A stretch of 64,000 bases of DNA from NCBI RefSeq assembly GCF_006345805.1, contig NC_042997.1, forward strand, positions 9,734,001 to 9,798,000, given 5' to 3'. The stretch comes from Octopus sinensis (lineage: Eukaryota). Positions 50,445 to 64,000 of the stretch are shown here, one piece after another (the first letter of the stretch is position 1; each line of letters begins with the position of its first letter). The position numbers and the translations under genes are program-made. Under the pieces are notes generated by a model. That model was not told where the DNA came from, did no database searches, and worked only from the letters and a program-made list of their open reading frames with translations.

Positions 50445-51918
50445 TTTATAATAAGTACATGAAGCTGTGACAATCAAAATAACGACGTGTACATTTATAT
50501 TTAGCATGCTTCTGTACACTAGATGAAATTTTACCTGGAAGTGTGTAAGGAGAAATTTCTCTTCGAGGCAAATGCAGTGAACGTCCTCTATGCTGTGAAT
50601 GTCTTCTACGTTCTAGTACACAAGAAGTTGTTATATAAATCTATACATCGTTATTTCAATTGACACTGCTGTGTGGACCGGCCTATAAACAACTAAAACA
50701 ATTTTATTTCTGAGGCGGTGTACCGATACCAAAACACGTGTTTAAATGTCTGCTGGCATTTTCCAGATCCCGGCACAATGTGTTTTAAGTCTATAAAGTG
50801 AATGTTTTTTACGATAAAAATCTCGCAACGATCATCTTCCACGGTCTAGTGTACAGACGCGTATTATATATAAATGCGCACATTGTAATAAACCATTATT
50901 CCATCCTTATTTTAAGTGAGGTCATACTGATATTTTATTAGACAAACTTCTTCATAAAATAAATCTTTTTCATAAATCTGAAACCAATTTTTGTTGTTCG
51001 GCCCCATGTCAGCTTTGATCAAGTAATCTATTATTGAAGGCGTTGCATTTTTGACCATCATATCAGTCATTTTTTATGACTGTAGTGTTTGATCTGAGGG
51101 AGGTTTGCATGTTATTTATAACAAGTCAAACAAGAATGTGGAGGACCCCTCGTCATGATTGCTGAATTCAAATTTCCAAATTGAAATAGAAAATCGGAGT
51201 AGGATTTTGGTTTAAGTTAAATGCTGTCGTGTTTGTAGTTCTGAAATAAGGGAATAATATATCAAAGGTAAATTGGACCAATTTTCTCGCAGGCTTTGAT
51301 TACTTAGAAGCATCAGCATGCAGAAATCAAGCTGTACATTTGCTTCATCGCTTTTATCAGTCTGAGAAATCTACACAGTCTATACAGGTACTTCTCTTCC
51401 TTCACGCACTAAAATACATGTAATATTTCGAAATCTCAAATAGTGTTATCGAATAGTTTATAGAATGTTTCAAATATATTCATAAACAATACCTTAATGC
51501 TTAGCATAATATATTATTGCAAATAAATATATATCAGATACATAATTATATATATAAGATATAAATATAAGATTAAGATATTCTTGCTAATAACTTATTA
51601 GAATATTTTTAAGTATCGTTGTGTGTGGTTAATAATTATAGATAATAACCACACAAAATGATATGATTATTCCTTCTTAAAATATAGGAGCTAGTAAATT
51701 ATATTTCAATACTTCCACTATCTTTTACTTTAAATGTTTCCGATTTTTACGTATATATTTTCCCATCATTTATTCCATTTCATTTCCATTTTTAATATCA
51801 ATGACAGATTTCCACATACATCTATATTTCCTCCACTTTATTCATATATTCTGTTTTCTTCTTCTTGATTTTTCAGCTGATCTGTTTTATCATGTGACAG
51901 GTACATATCGCGCGCGCA

Positions 51919-51964
<46 letters not shown>

Positions 51965-51996
51965 ACACACCACACACGTACACACACACACACACA

Positions 51997-52030
<34 letters not shown>

Positions 52031-52069
52031 ACACACACACACACACATACACACACACACACATTCTGA

Positions 52070-53205
52070 AAGCAATTTTTTTCTATTTGAATTTTGTGTG
52101 GATTATCTACTTCTACTGTTCTTACGATAAAATTGAAAATGAAGGAAAATGAAATACATTTTCGTCATCTAATGCTCTTTTATTTCCGGAAAGATAAAAA
52201 CGCTGCACAAACACTAAAGAAGATATGTGTTGTTTATAGAGATGGTGCCATAGCTGAAAGCACTGTCTGTAAATGGTTTGCTAGGTTTAGAACAAAAACT
52301 TTTTACCTGGAAAATCGTGAACGTTCTAGCAGGTTTACAGTCGTTCATAATGAACAAATCAAGACTTTAATAAAAAAAAAATAATAATTCATGCTATACA
52401 AACTGAGATGTCACTGAGATTTTCCACGTATATCATGTGAGCTTTATAAAGCATTTAAAAACACTTGATTGCATGAATCGTTACGATGTTTGGGTGCCTC
52501 ATAACTTAACGTGGGAAAAAAAAACCAAAAACTTAATAGAACGCATTTCCATCTGTGATTCCCTGCTCAGACAAAAAGTTAATTTTGGAAAAGAATGATC
52601 GTGTGTGATGAGAAATTGATTATTTACAACAACATAAATCGAAAAAGGTCTTGGGGGGAAAACGAAATGAGCCGCCGTCAGTCTCTCAAAAAACCGGTCT
52701 GTATTCGAAGATGATGCTCTGTATCTGATAGTATTCGAAGGTCATTGTACATTACGAGCTACTTCCACGAAATCAGATGTTAAATTCAGACTGTTATTGT
52801 TCCCAGAATTGGCCAACCGATAGGGTGTCGTCTTACACCAGGACAACGCCAGACCGCACGTTTCTATGCAGATCAGGCAGAAATTGCTGCAGCTTGGATG
52901 GGATGTCCTACTCCACCCACCGTACTCACCTGACCTTGCACTTTCGGATTATCACTTATTTCGATCCTTGCAAAATTCTCTTAATGGGAAGAACTTCGAT
53001 TCTCTAAAAGAGTGTAAAAATCACTTAAACCAGTTCATGACTCAGGAAAATGCCAAGTTCTGTGAGATGAGATAACGAAGCTGCCTCAAAGATGGTGAAA
53101 TGTAGTAGAACAAAATGGGAAGTATGTGGTTGAGTAAAGGTATGCACAACTATCTAAATATTGTTAATGAATCTTACTTAAAAAACGCTACGAGCTTTTT
53201 GGTTA
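52070..53205 (+). mobile_element. Decayed mariner transposon
   Basis: [18 protein letters not shown]...WFARFR, WVPHNL, VCDEK, HQDNARPH and HPPYSPDLALSDYHLFRSLQNSL. The 3' TIR start is at ~53180-53204. Confidence 0.92.
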
Positions 53206-54774
53206 GAAATGTATTTCTGCTACTTAATCAAATTTTTATCCAAAAGAGCATATATTCTTGCTTTACTTAATAATTCATTTGTGACTTAGCGTCGCTACAT
53301 AGAATCATGTTTAGACTTTATGGAAGATGGAAAAGCTTAACGTCTTGATTCTATATATCGGCAAGAATTAACCTGATAGAAATATATTATGGAACTAACT
53401 GATAAAAGTTTTGGTTAAAACGATATTTTTAATATAAACAGTATTAAACATTATACCTCAATGAATTTTAAAAAAAGGCCTTTAGTTTAAATTTATTCAC
53501 AGGTTAATTCTCATTCATACAGTGATTGAAGATAGAATATCTTATTATGTTAAACATTAGTAGAAAGCAAACGCTAAGTGGCGAAAGAATCTAGGTGGTG
53601 ATCAAAACAGATTGGCTGTTACGCCTAAGTTGAGATAGAATGGAATGCAAAGTAAGTATATTATGGTTAAAATTATCAGACTGAATATTGTCAGTGAATA
53701 TTAAAATTCACATTAGAAATACTTATGCGGTGATGAGAAAGATAATATTAGCTCAGTAGCTGATATTTTAATCATTTCTCTAAATACAAAGAAATAACTT
53801 CAGGCATACCTTGATTTTATTAGATACTCTACAGCAATGCATAGCCATCACCGCATTTGCCAAAATAGTGATAAGAGAATCACTAAAAAAAGTCGTTGAT
53901 ATACAATATTATGTATGTGTAATCAGGGATACTGAATATATTTAAACAAACAAGAAAATCATTAAATTATAATAAGAGCGAAACATGCCCAGAGTTGTCT
54001 CCAGTATTTACTAAATTGATTAATATCAGCTCATTGAGTTACTGCTGTCTTTTCCTTCTCGCATGATTATTTCTAATTAGATTTTTGATACTCATTGCAT
54101 TAAGTATGCGAACACCAACTCAAGAATGGTTTTTCATACATATGGCATATCTAAATATCTTGTCTGGAATATTTTTTAATGTGCCAATATTTTTTACGCC
54201 TACTCGCGTATAATATTGTGCATATACTTAGTGATTCTCCCATCACTATTTCAGAAAATGCTGTGAAAACTTGCTTTGGTAGGCAGATTTATGAAAATTC
54301 AGTCATGTCCAGTATTGTTCCCCTGCACTTACTAAATGATAAAAATAATAATAGTAACAGAGATAATGTGGTATTTTCCTCACCGCTGTGTTAATAACAA
54401 TATAGGTATTGTTTTTTTTTTTTTTTCACGAAGGAATAGTAAGTATTTAATTCAATGATTAATATTATTGTTTTGTAAGTAATCTTTTGTATAGTAACCG
54501 TCAAGTGATAAACTAAAATGCACAAATATGCATTCTAATGGAAGAATTTTAATGCGGTTTATATTAAAATCCTTGCTCCATTATACATACTACATGTATG
54601 TATGTATGTATGTATGTATGTATGTATGCATGTATGTATATATGTATGTTTGTATGTATGCATGTAAGCGTATATGTATGTATGCATGTGCAGATTTGTA
54701 TGTTTTGCTTTATATATGTATTCTCATGCATATATTTGCATATCTAGAATACTCATATATATCTAAATGATAAA

Positions 54775-56780
54775 CTTCAGGAAAGTTTTACAGATTTTTA
54801 CATTTCCAGTGATGGATTGGATCTGTAGTTTTCCAATTAGCTTTCTCCTTTATGGTCCTGAGAAGCCCAATTTCTCAAAATTGGTATTCAAGCAGTGAGT
54901 TACATATCCCAGGATCCCAATAATTACAGGTAAAAACATGAACTTGTAAACTGGATAGAGTAACTGTAAATTTCTCAATAGTTTATCCTAACATCCGCTG
55001 GACAGCTAATTTCCACAACTGTGCACAGCTTTTCTTCTCTGTCCTAAATCATTATATCAGGTCTGAAATGCTTGCATTTTATTGTGGTCTTCACTGGTAC
55101 ATTCCACCAGTATTCCCTTATATTATGGGTGGCTATAGCTTCTACTATATTGTGGGTTCTTATTTCTTTGTCCTCGAGATTATCCTTCCGACGGATTTCA
55201 GTATAGAGCGTCATAGCCACAACGTCATGTCTCATCGTTAGATAATACCGTGATGACATTTTTGGACAACTGCTTATGATGTGGGTGATATCTTCAGTGT
55301 GAACTCCATAAAGTATGCATCAGTTGTCACACTTTACGGCTTTACCTGCATCTCTATCCCTTTTGTGCATCAGGTACCTGGTTGATATTTCCTGTTCCTG
55401 AATTGCAAACGCATGCCCTATAAAGTGGAAGGTGGTAATCTGGCTATTGGTTCATGATAAACTGCTTTGATGATCGATGTTACTATCATCACAGAGCTTT
55501 CTAGTAACATATCATGCATAGTCTTCTGCTCATATAGGCTCATCTTTTCATCTGATGATACGTTGCGGTAGAATCATGTGACTTATTTGGGCATGTATTC
55601 TAGGTTATCAGACAAAAAGTGTTGCTCAAGAAGCTGCCTTCCAAGTCTTATGATGTTATCAGCCTCATGCATGCAGACTTGGTCAAGAGATGCACTTCGA
55701 CACTTGGTGGTTAAAAGATGTTGCTGAAGGGATATGATGCGACATTCAAAGGCATTTTGGATCGATGTTAAGCCTCTTCCACCTTGTTTTTGTTTCAGGC
55801 AGAGGTGGTCTACGTCACTGTTTATGTGGAAATTGTGTGCTTGTTAGTATTTTCCGGGTTTTCACACAAGTGGCTCAGATCTCATCAAGCGTCCATTCAA
55901 GCAGCCCAGATATTGGTATGCGTACTAGCGCTGCAAATACCTTGTGGGTCACTGTTTTATTGAATGCAGAGAGTTCTGAGGTCCAGATGTTCTTTATTCG
56001 GCTGTAATATTCATTTGTGACACGTATTTTGTTACAGGTGCCACTGTAAGATATATTTTCATCCACCACTGTAACATTCCTCGTCAGATACAGTCAAATC
56101 ATTAATGGTGGTGTTACTAGTCTGGTTTATAGTTTTGCCCCTTTTCACAACCATATAACAACATTTATCCTGACCAAACTCCAATCCTACATCCTTTGAG
56201 AATGCTGTAACTAGGTCAAGGCTCTTTTTTTATCACATGCACATTCTTTGCATAAAGTTTTAAGTCATCCACAAAGAAACAGTGTGTAATTTTGGTATTT
56301 CTGTTTCCATGTGAACCAATGAGATATCCTTCAGATTTCCTTAACATGAATGACAAGGGGTTTACAGAAACATCACAGAGAGACTGTCTCCTTGGAATAT
56401 ACCTTTGCGATACTGTATTCTATCGGTGATAATGCATTCACTACGTGTTTAATTTCAAGACGGTGACCCACGATGAAGCTATGACTTTGACTATTCTCAC
56501 TGGAACTTTAGCAAGTTGGAGGGCTTCTAGCACCCATGAGTGAGGAAGAGACTCAAAGGCTTTCTTGTAGTCTAGCAACATCGAAACTAGTTTCCTCCTA
56601 TGCTCTCGCACCTCATGCCCAGACTCACTTCTTCCCAGCTGCTTGTTCTGCTGTAATAATGTTATTAGTTTCAGAATGGTCCTGGAGGAAGAGGTTTAAA
56701 CATGCTTTCTCCTTTCTGATTTTGAGAAGCCTCATTTCTGAAGATTGGTATTTAACCAGTGTGTTACATATCTCAGTGCC
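54775..56780 (-). mobile_element. Decayed R4/Dong-like (RLE) non-LTR retrotransposon, RT to C-terminus
   Basis: Minus strand GIFQGDSLS (~56380-56405), FFVDDLKL (~56255-56280), NEYYSRIKNIWTSELSAFNK, EDITHIISSC, RHDVVA and RPDIMI. Confidence 0.88.
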
Positions 56781-56784
56781 TCAA

Positions 56785-56950
56785 TAATTACAGGTATAAG
56801 CCTGAACTTGTAATCTGGATAGAGTAGCTGCAGATTCTTCAATAGTTCAGCGTAGCTGCTTTCTTTGCCGCTGATCTTTAGGTTTATGTTAACATCCGCT
56901 GGGCAGCTGATTCTCGTAAATGCAAACAGTTTCTCTTCTCTATCTCAAAT
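56785..56950 (-). mobile_element. Second copy of the endonuclease segment of the same RLE LINE
   Basis: aataattacaggt...gaacttgtaa.ctggatagagta.ctg...aacatccgctgg repeats 54919-55045 with divergence. Confidence 0.75.
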
Positions 56951-57439
56951 CCCTATGTATGTATGTATGTATGTATGCATGTATGTATGTATGTATGTAT
57001 GTATGTATGTATGTATGTATGTATGTATGTATGTATGTATGTATGTATGTATGTATGTATGGTATGCATGTATGTATGAATGTATGTATACATGCATGTA
57101 TGTAATTATGTATGTATGTATGTATGTAGTTGCCAATTTTGTACAAGCTATTGTAGCTCTTTAGCTGGGCTAAAAAGTCACATTCGATCACAGCACCAGT
57201 AACAGTTAAGCTTCGTGCAATGGCCATACTCGATAACGAGGGGGCAGCCATAATAATGTATGTATGCATGCATTATGCATGTATGTATGTATGCATGCAT
57301 ACATGCATGTACGTATGTACGTACGTATGTATGTATGAATGCATGTATGTAATTATGTATGTATGTATGCATGCATTATGCATGTATGTGTGTATGTATG
57401 TATATATGCATGCATGTGTGTATGCATGTCATAACATAT

Positions 57440-58120
57440 GCTGGTTAGCCTATGGCTGGAACCCTGACAGGTGCTACTACTCCGAGTCAGAATGGACCAG
57501 AACATAATGGTGGCTAAGAAGGGCTTTCATACACCCCAAAACCTGGAGCGCAAGAACAAGAGTCCTATATCCAGGGCGGCAAATCAATGTAAATAACCGG
57601 GAATACCTAGCTTTGAAAGGAACTGAATGGAGGAAGCGTATTATGGCTGATTGTAAGACTTTTGAAAAGGTTCGACCTGAGTACAAAAGCCTAAAGCGCC
57701 TGGCCTCGAAGGGAGTGTCATCATAATCTCAATGAGAACATAATGTGCTGGAGGTATGTAACGTGTGGCTGTGTATCTCTTTCTAATGTTGGGTATGTCA
57801 CCCATCTGACGTCCCAAGAAAAATTAACTGTATGCAACGACCGTGCAGTTCGAGGTTTGTTAGTGCGAAAAAGGGCTCACAAGTCAATTTCAGATCTGAG
57901 GAGACATACTGCGCTTAACAGGGATCACATTTTACAAAGTGATCCGATCAATCCAGAGAGACTTGCAGCTTTTGCCTATCATCAATACTTCAAACTATGC
58001 AGATTTGCAGCGGGACTGAATAGTCATCTGAGAGGTCATAGAGAGAGGGGAGGTCAGAAATGCCATTGACAAGAGCGAAACTCAACAGAGACGGCAATCA
58101 TTGTAAAGATGGAGCAATTA

Positions 58121-58122
<2 letters not shown>
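57440..58122 (+). mobile_element. RTE-like LINE 3' fragment with C-terminal zinc-finger-like coding remnants
   Basis: RTEWRKRIMADCKTFEKVR, TCGCVSLSNVGYVTHLTS and CRFAAGLNSHLRGH, with the RTE-like tail ggcaatcattgtaaagatggagcaattacca. Confidence 0.55.
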
Positions 58123-58156
<34 letters not shown>

Positions 58157-58158
<2 letters not shown>

Positions 58159-58371
58159 CCATGTTGATTCGTTAGTTACTGCACGCATTTTTTTTCTCTC
58201 CTTCTTTCTGTGTTTTTTTTCTCTCTGTGTATCTTTCTGTTGAAGAGCGTAGGCTCGAAACGTTAAAGACTTGTTTTATTTATATTTCCTGAGTGCCATA
58301 CTAATAAAATTGTTTGTTTGTTTGTTTTCCACCTGCCTTCGTCTTTTGTCTATTTTCATAAAGCTTCCCGT
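58157..58371 (+). mobile_element. Short (TA)n-flanked repeat with hammerhead variant (58232-58269)
   Basis: TCTTT CTGTTGA a GAGC gtag GCTC GAAA cg tt AAAGA, with a 5-bp stem I. Confidence 0.65.
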
Positions 58372-58398
58372 TATATATATATATATTATATTATATTA

Positions 58399-58705
58399 TA
58401 TAGAGGGCATTACTATACATAAATGCCACACGCTAAGAGAGACTATTAAAGTCAAAACTACCAAAATAAATAAATACATCGTACCGACTGCGAGGGAATG
58501 CAACTCTCGCATTCGGTACGATGTGTTTATTTATTTTGGTAGTTTTGCCTTTAAGAGTCCCTCTTAGCGTGTGTCATTTATGTATAGTAATGCCCTCTAT
58601 AGAATATAAATAAATATTTTTAAGAGAAGAAATTGGTGGATATTTTCTCTTATGAGGTTTTTTACGCTAACTACTTGATAAATTCTTATAAAGATTTTAT
58701 CCTAT
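58399..58705. repeat. ~200-bp imperfect fold-back palindrome (58399-58601) plus extension, a diverged relative of the 474-bp array unit
   Basis: tatagagggcattactatacataaatgccacacgctaagag ... ctcttagcgtgtgtcatttatgtatagtaatgccctctata. The downstream ttttctcttatgaggtttt..acgcta matches 8115-8142. Confidence 0.88.
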
Positions 58706-58710
58706 TTTAA

Positions 58711-58766
<56 letters not shown>

Positions 58767-59719
58767 TTATGCGTGCGTGCGTGTGTGTGTGTGACGTATG
58801 TGTGATGTCTGCATGAGCCTTTATTATATGTTATGAAAATACTGCATTGCTCAGTACACATTTTTAGGATTGCGTATCGCGTTTGCTATACTTGTTTTTA
58901 TATTAAGTGACTGTAACATGAAAGCTACAATATTGTGTCATGCAGTATCCCGATGCATGCAAATTCAAGTACATTCAATTGTACACCAAAGAAGTGGCAG
59001 GAACATATAGTATAGATTTAATATGATTAAGAAATATAATTATTCATTAACATTCATATTTACGCATTCAAATAATGGACACAGATGCTCATACACGTAA
59101 ACACACGTACATACACTCACGCATAAGTGGATATCTCTGTAAGTGAATATGCATTTATGTATGTGAGAGTGATTTTGAAATAGTTTTATCATCCTGTAAA
59201 TTCTAGTGTGGTACAAGAAAATCAAATGATAGGATGCAGCCATGTTAAAATGACAGCTTCAACATATTTCAAGGTCAAGAAGAAAATTCTAAAAACGGAA
59301 AATAAATAATCAGAAGACAAATTGGAACTGCTTTAATATTTAAATTAATGAGTCAATTCTTATTTTTGATTTAATTTGAACACATTTCAGGACTGTCCTA
59401 CGAATATAAAAGACGTGTTCCATTAATATTATCAGCTGAATATATTTCAATATGGTCAATAAAAGAGCTTCAGGTGAAAATTTAGTAATGGAATTTCGAG
59501 TGAGAAAATAAAGATTAATTGCAGCAACAAGGAGAATAACAGCAACAAGTTTCAGCAAATACTTTAAGTAGAAAGGGAAAAGGAAGAAAATATGAGCGGG
59601 AGATTTCATGAAAGAGAAGAATGTATATTTGAACAGGCAGATAGGGGCGAGGTGTGATATAACATAATCTGATATGCAATAACCTTGTAGCTCGCAGCCA
59701 CTGACAGTCACAGACGCAG

Positions 59720-60130
59720 TAACTGCACTAATGATGCTGATACAACAACAATATTGACGACGATGATGGTGAGGAGGATGAACAGGACCGTCGTAATAAT
59801 CGTGATGTTAATGATGATCGTGATGAATGTGATTCTGATGAACAAAAGAATAAATTAGTAAGACAAAATTGTAAAGAATATTTAATTATTAACATTGATT
59901 TCGTAACAATAATGATAATATTGGTTGTGTTGCTGGTGGTGGTGGTGGGAATGGTAGCAGTGGTGAAAGTGGTGATGTTAACAGAGATGGTGATGAGAAG
60001 TTGAGGAGGCGGAAGATGGAGAAGGAACACTGTAATGATAGTGCCAACGGCAACAGTTTAAGAGTGCTGATGAAGATGACAGCTGTAATGGTAACAAAGA
60101 GGGTGACATCAGTAATAACGATAATGTTGA
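59720..60130. repeat. Degenerate trinucleotide low-complexity region (GAT/GGT/AAT)
   Basis: Runs of gatgat, ggtggt and aataat, with stops in the acidic frame. Confidence 0.7.
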
Positions 60131-61350
60131 GCAAAAAACTATGATATGGTAGATATTATAAATTGAATAATTGTTCAATAATAATCCAGCGATAATCTGT
60201 TCAATGGATGAGAAAATTGTCATTGAATTATTATTGAAATTAAATAAGTGTGAGGCAGTGTGTGCCGTAACAAAAACAATTGGTAAAAAAATTATTTAGA
60301 TAGAAAAGAACAAAGCAATGAGGAAATTCTGAGACTAGTAAGGCTGATAAAACAGGAAGAGAAGATAGAATAAATATGGCAAAAGGTGATTAAAATCAAG
60401 CTTGTTTTCTTCTTCACTTATTTCATAATCACTTGTATTTGAATACTATATTGCTAAAATATTTCTTATATCGTGTATTTTGTTTCTTTAATTTTCACAA
60501 TACGAGAGTGTATGTACTTGATTTGACCTCAGTATTTAACTGGTACAGATCTTAAAAACTCTACAAAGCGGAAAGTTAGAGAGAATCCAGCAACATATGA
60601 ACTTTGCCCTCTCACAAAATATATCAAATAAGTTCAAGCAATTCCTCATTATTTATTATAATGTGATTTAACAGAGAAATGTATCAGAACACCCTTTATC
60701 CAATCCTTCATCACCTAATCATAAAATAACTTTTGAAAGTTAACCTACATCTGCAAAAAAAGCTTCTATGAAAAGATCTCTACTCCTTATGTAGCAGAAA
60801 AACTGGCATCCACAACCTTCCAATATTCACCATCATATTTTAGAAAACCACATCCTATAATAAAAACAAAATAGCTAAGAACGATAATGATAATTAAAAA
60901 GCGGGTTTTACTCTAAGCTACATACTGCAAATAATTTCTCTAAATTTCGGGACCTCATGTATATGATCTTTCGCACAGCCTCTTTGGGATTTATACTACA
61001 TTGATCATCAAATGTTTGTTCCGAATGGCGCATATATTGTATGTATTTCTGTGTAGTATTTTTCACATTTTACTGTTTGTTCATCTTGCATTGAATAAAG
61101 ATCTTGCAACAGATGTTTTTCTTTGGGGCGTTTTGAAAACCAACTAAGACTGATTTTGTATTTAAAATATTTGCAAGTACAGCATTTTAAATCTCTGGAC
61201 ACCACAGTATCTGATATCAAATCCTCCATAATCTACCTTGAAAATACCCAGCATTCCTACATGTTTCCTGAAGTTGACATCCATAAAAATATTATGGGGG
61301 GATATTTGCAGTATCCCTGCTTGGTTCTTGATAATATTTGCCAGCAAGAG

Positions 61351-61746
61351 GGCGGCGAGCTGGCAGAAACTTTAGCACGCCGAGCGAAATGCGTAGCCGT
61401 ATTTCGTCTGCCGCTGCGTTCTGAGTTCAAATTCCGCCGAGGTCGACTTTGCCTTTCGTCCTTTCGGGGTCGATAAATTAAGTACCAGTTACGCACTGGG
61501 GTCGATCTAATCGACTTAATCCCTTTGTCTGTCCTTGTTTGTCCTCTCTATGTTTAGCCCCTTTAGGGTAGTAAAGAAATAGGTATTTCGTCTGCCGCTA
61601 CGCTCTGAGTTCAAATTCCGCCGAGGTCGACTTCGCTTTTTATCCTTTCGGGGTTGATAAATTAAGTTTCAGTTGCGAACTGGGGTCGATCTAATCGACT
61701 GGCCCCCTCCCACAAAAGTTTGGACCTTGTGCCTAGAATGGAAAAG
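61351..61746 (+). mobile_element. Composite SINE family A (full monomer + 5'-truncated second monomer) in a single 17-bp TSD
   Basis: TSD aatatttgccagcaaga at 61333-61349 and 61747-61763. Confidence 0.9.
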
Positions 61747-63231
61747 AATATTTGCCAGCAAGATGACGCTGAAGTTTCAAAAACAACGACTAATATCTTC
61801 AAGTGTTTGCTTATTTTGCATTACTTGGTGGATTCTTATCATAAATTGAGACACGAAACGACAAATTGTTGAGGTAGAAAGTATGTCCTTGAGATTTTGA
61901 TCTTGAGTGAATTAAACAGGAAACTCTGTAGTTAGAGTGTTTATTTACGAGAGAATATCACAATTAATTTACTTTTTCAAAATTTCAATGAGTTTTTATT
62001 TCCTGGTGTTTTATACACTTCATATCACTATCGAGTATACTTTTAAAGAAGTATTATTAGCAAAGTGCTATTCCCAGAATATTGCACACTTTAATTTTAT
62101 ACCAGAATTGAATCATAGATATTGAAGAGACACTAAGCACTAGTTTGTGATTAATAGAAGAGAAGAATATTCGAAAGTAACCCGGAAAATACCATAAAGA
62201 GGTAAATTGCACCAATGCTACTTTATGTCACCGTTCATTCTAAACCGTATAGAGTATGGTTTGTCCTCTTGGACATAGGTCATCTTTGACTTCAGAATGA
62301 CACTTTTGATCATCAGCTTTAGAATACCATGTTTTTGTTGAAATAGCCATTTCCCCATTATAACTTGCTTAGTATATGTTCTTCGCCAGGTCAACAAATA
62401 AAATTAAAATGTTTTGGGTTTGCGCACAAATATTTTCTGTAATTCTCTTAGTACAGAGAATGTATCAATGCAACATTGTACATCACAGAAAAAGCATTAT
62501 AATTCCGAAAGGATAGTGTTAACAAACAGAAAAATAATTCTGTTAAGAATGTCTGCTGCGAGAATTTTGTTTGTAATTGACAGAAGGGCTACACAGACAA
62601 AGTGTCTTTTTGACATTTGTTCTTGTATTATAATATACATATCATTATCAATGCTAAAACCAAGCAGGCCATTTGGGTATTACTGAAAACTAGAATTAGT
62701 TCCAGTTTTCTATTACTGTTTGAGAGTTTGAAAAGTTTATATGACTTCATTCATTGATATTAACATCGCCTTTTCCTTCTTCGTTCTAGGTTTGACTCTT
62801 TACAAATGGCCTCGACAATGCCATGAAACCGTTGTATGAATTTTTATATTTCATATTATACATACAAGTACACATACATACATATGCATGTATGTGCCAG
62901 TGCGTACATATTAATATTTATTTCAGTCTATAACTGAGCTACAATATGGCAAGGGATTTTATTTTCCAATTGCTAACGGAAAGAAATCTGCTGTCATAAG
63001 TCACTAAAAGATTTGAAAGCAACAACACAGGTAATAAATAGAAAAACAAATAGATAAAATGATAATAGGTTTCTTTTCTCCCAGCACGTTCAGTTCTTCA
63101 TTTTAAGCGATCTAATGATGTTCCTCTGAAACATATTACTCTAGATCTTATCTAAAATAGCAATAAAGAATCTTACGAAAAATTCTAACCTTACAATAAT
63201 TCCAAGTGACTTAAACATCAACAAAATATAT

Positions 63232-63445
63232 ATTCTTTTATACTCTTGGAACAAGGCTCGAAATTCTGGTGAAGTGGGCCAGTCGATTAGATACACCCCA
63301 GTGTGCAACTGGTACTTAATTTATCGACCCCGAAAGAACGATAGGCAAATCAACCTCAGTGGAATTTGAACTCAGAATGTAAAGACAGACGAAATAACGC
63401 TAAGCATTTCGCCCGGCGTGCTAACATTTTTGCCACCTCGCCGCC
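63232..63445 (-). mobile_element. SINE family A, alternative tail
   Basis: Head and core homology. Imperfect TSD caaaatatatatt / caaaacatatatt. Confidence 0.87.
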
Positions 63446-64000
63446 TTAGCAAAACATATATTAGCACAAAAATACTATGTACATATTTTTCTCAAATTGT
63501 GACCTTAAAAAATATATTAGATTTTCAAATAAAGTGATAAAATGCATGCCGGATTTACACTTCTTATTTTCTTTCCTCAAGTTTTTATTTTCAAATAGAT
63601 TAAAATAAATTTTGAGAAAATATATGATTCAACTTTGGTGTAAATGTGTTTAAAGTCATACAGCACAAAATTTCATTAATTATTTATGCGCAGATAATCA
63701 CAGAAGTTATTTTAGGTTAAACTATTATAAATTTATGTGCACCAGCATAATTTTTTAGTTACCTGAATGTTCTATTCTGTATTTTGTGAATAAAAATATA
63801 GGAAAACTGATATGTTTATAGAAGGTAAATAATTTAAAGGTTGATGTACCAAATGCTCTATGAATTTAATTATTAATTGACTGAAATTGCTTTCTAAGTT
63901 GAAAAGTTTAGTAAGACGGTGAGCCATTATAAAGGCTTTCTTCTGTAGACTTCCAGCCTACAGGATAATCTTGGATGATTAATGTGGGTAGTATGAGATA

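Noticed and set aside
59720-60130. Acidic, Gly-rich exon
   Set aside because: Degenerate trinucleotide repeats with stops and no splice support.
61351-61440. tRNA genes at SINE heads
   Set aside because: A and B boxes are present, but they are fused to SINE core and tail with TSDs and I could not fold a cloverleaf.
60700-62850. Possible very old minus-strand transposase
   Set aside because: The composition looks coding-like in patches, but I could not recognise any family motif.

Overview
AT-rich, microsatellite-dense eukaryotic (animal) DNA. The SINE and transposon complement suggests an octopus or other cephalopod (inference). I found no convincing host protein-coding gene. Almost all ORFs in the track are microsatellite read-through or transposon debris. 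The window contains decayed mariner/Tc1 transposons and MITEs, RTE-type LINEs, R4/Dong-like restriction-endonuclease LINEs, Penelope-like (PLE) RT/GIY-YIG remnants, a non-autonomous Helitron and two tRNA-derived SINE families. The most interesting layer is non-coding. (1) A ~474-bp tandem array (6266-8672) carries a type I hammerhead ribozyme in every unit, has a terminal inversion and sits between (TA)n tracts, resembling a retrozyme or PLE-derived self-cleaving repeat. (2) A dispersed family of ~190-bp (TA)n-anchored elements carries a minimal hammerhead variant (CUGANGA-A...GAAA), and one copy has lost just the ribozyme. (3) Long fold-back palindromes lie next to (TA)n (30777-31146, 58399-58601), the second being a diverged relative of the array unit. 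All coordinates were read by eye. Element boundaries are approximate unless TIRs or TSDs are quoted.
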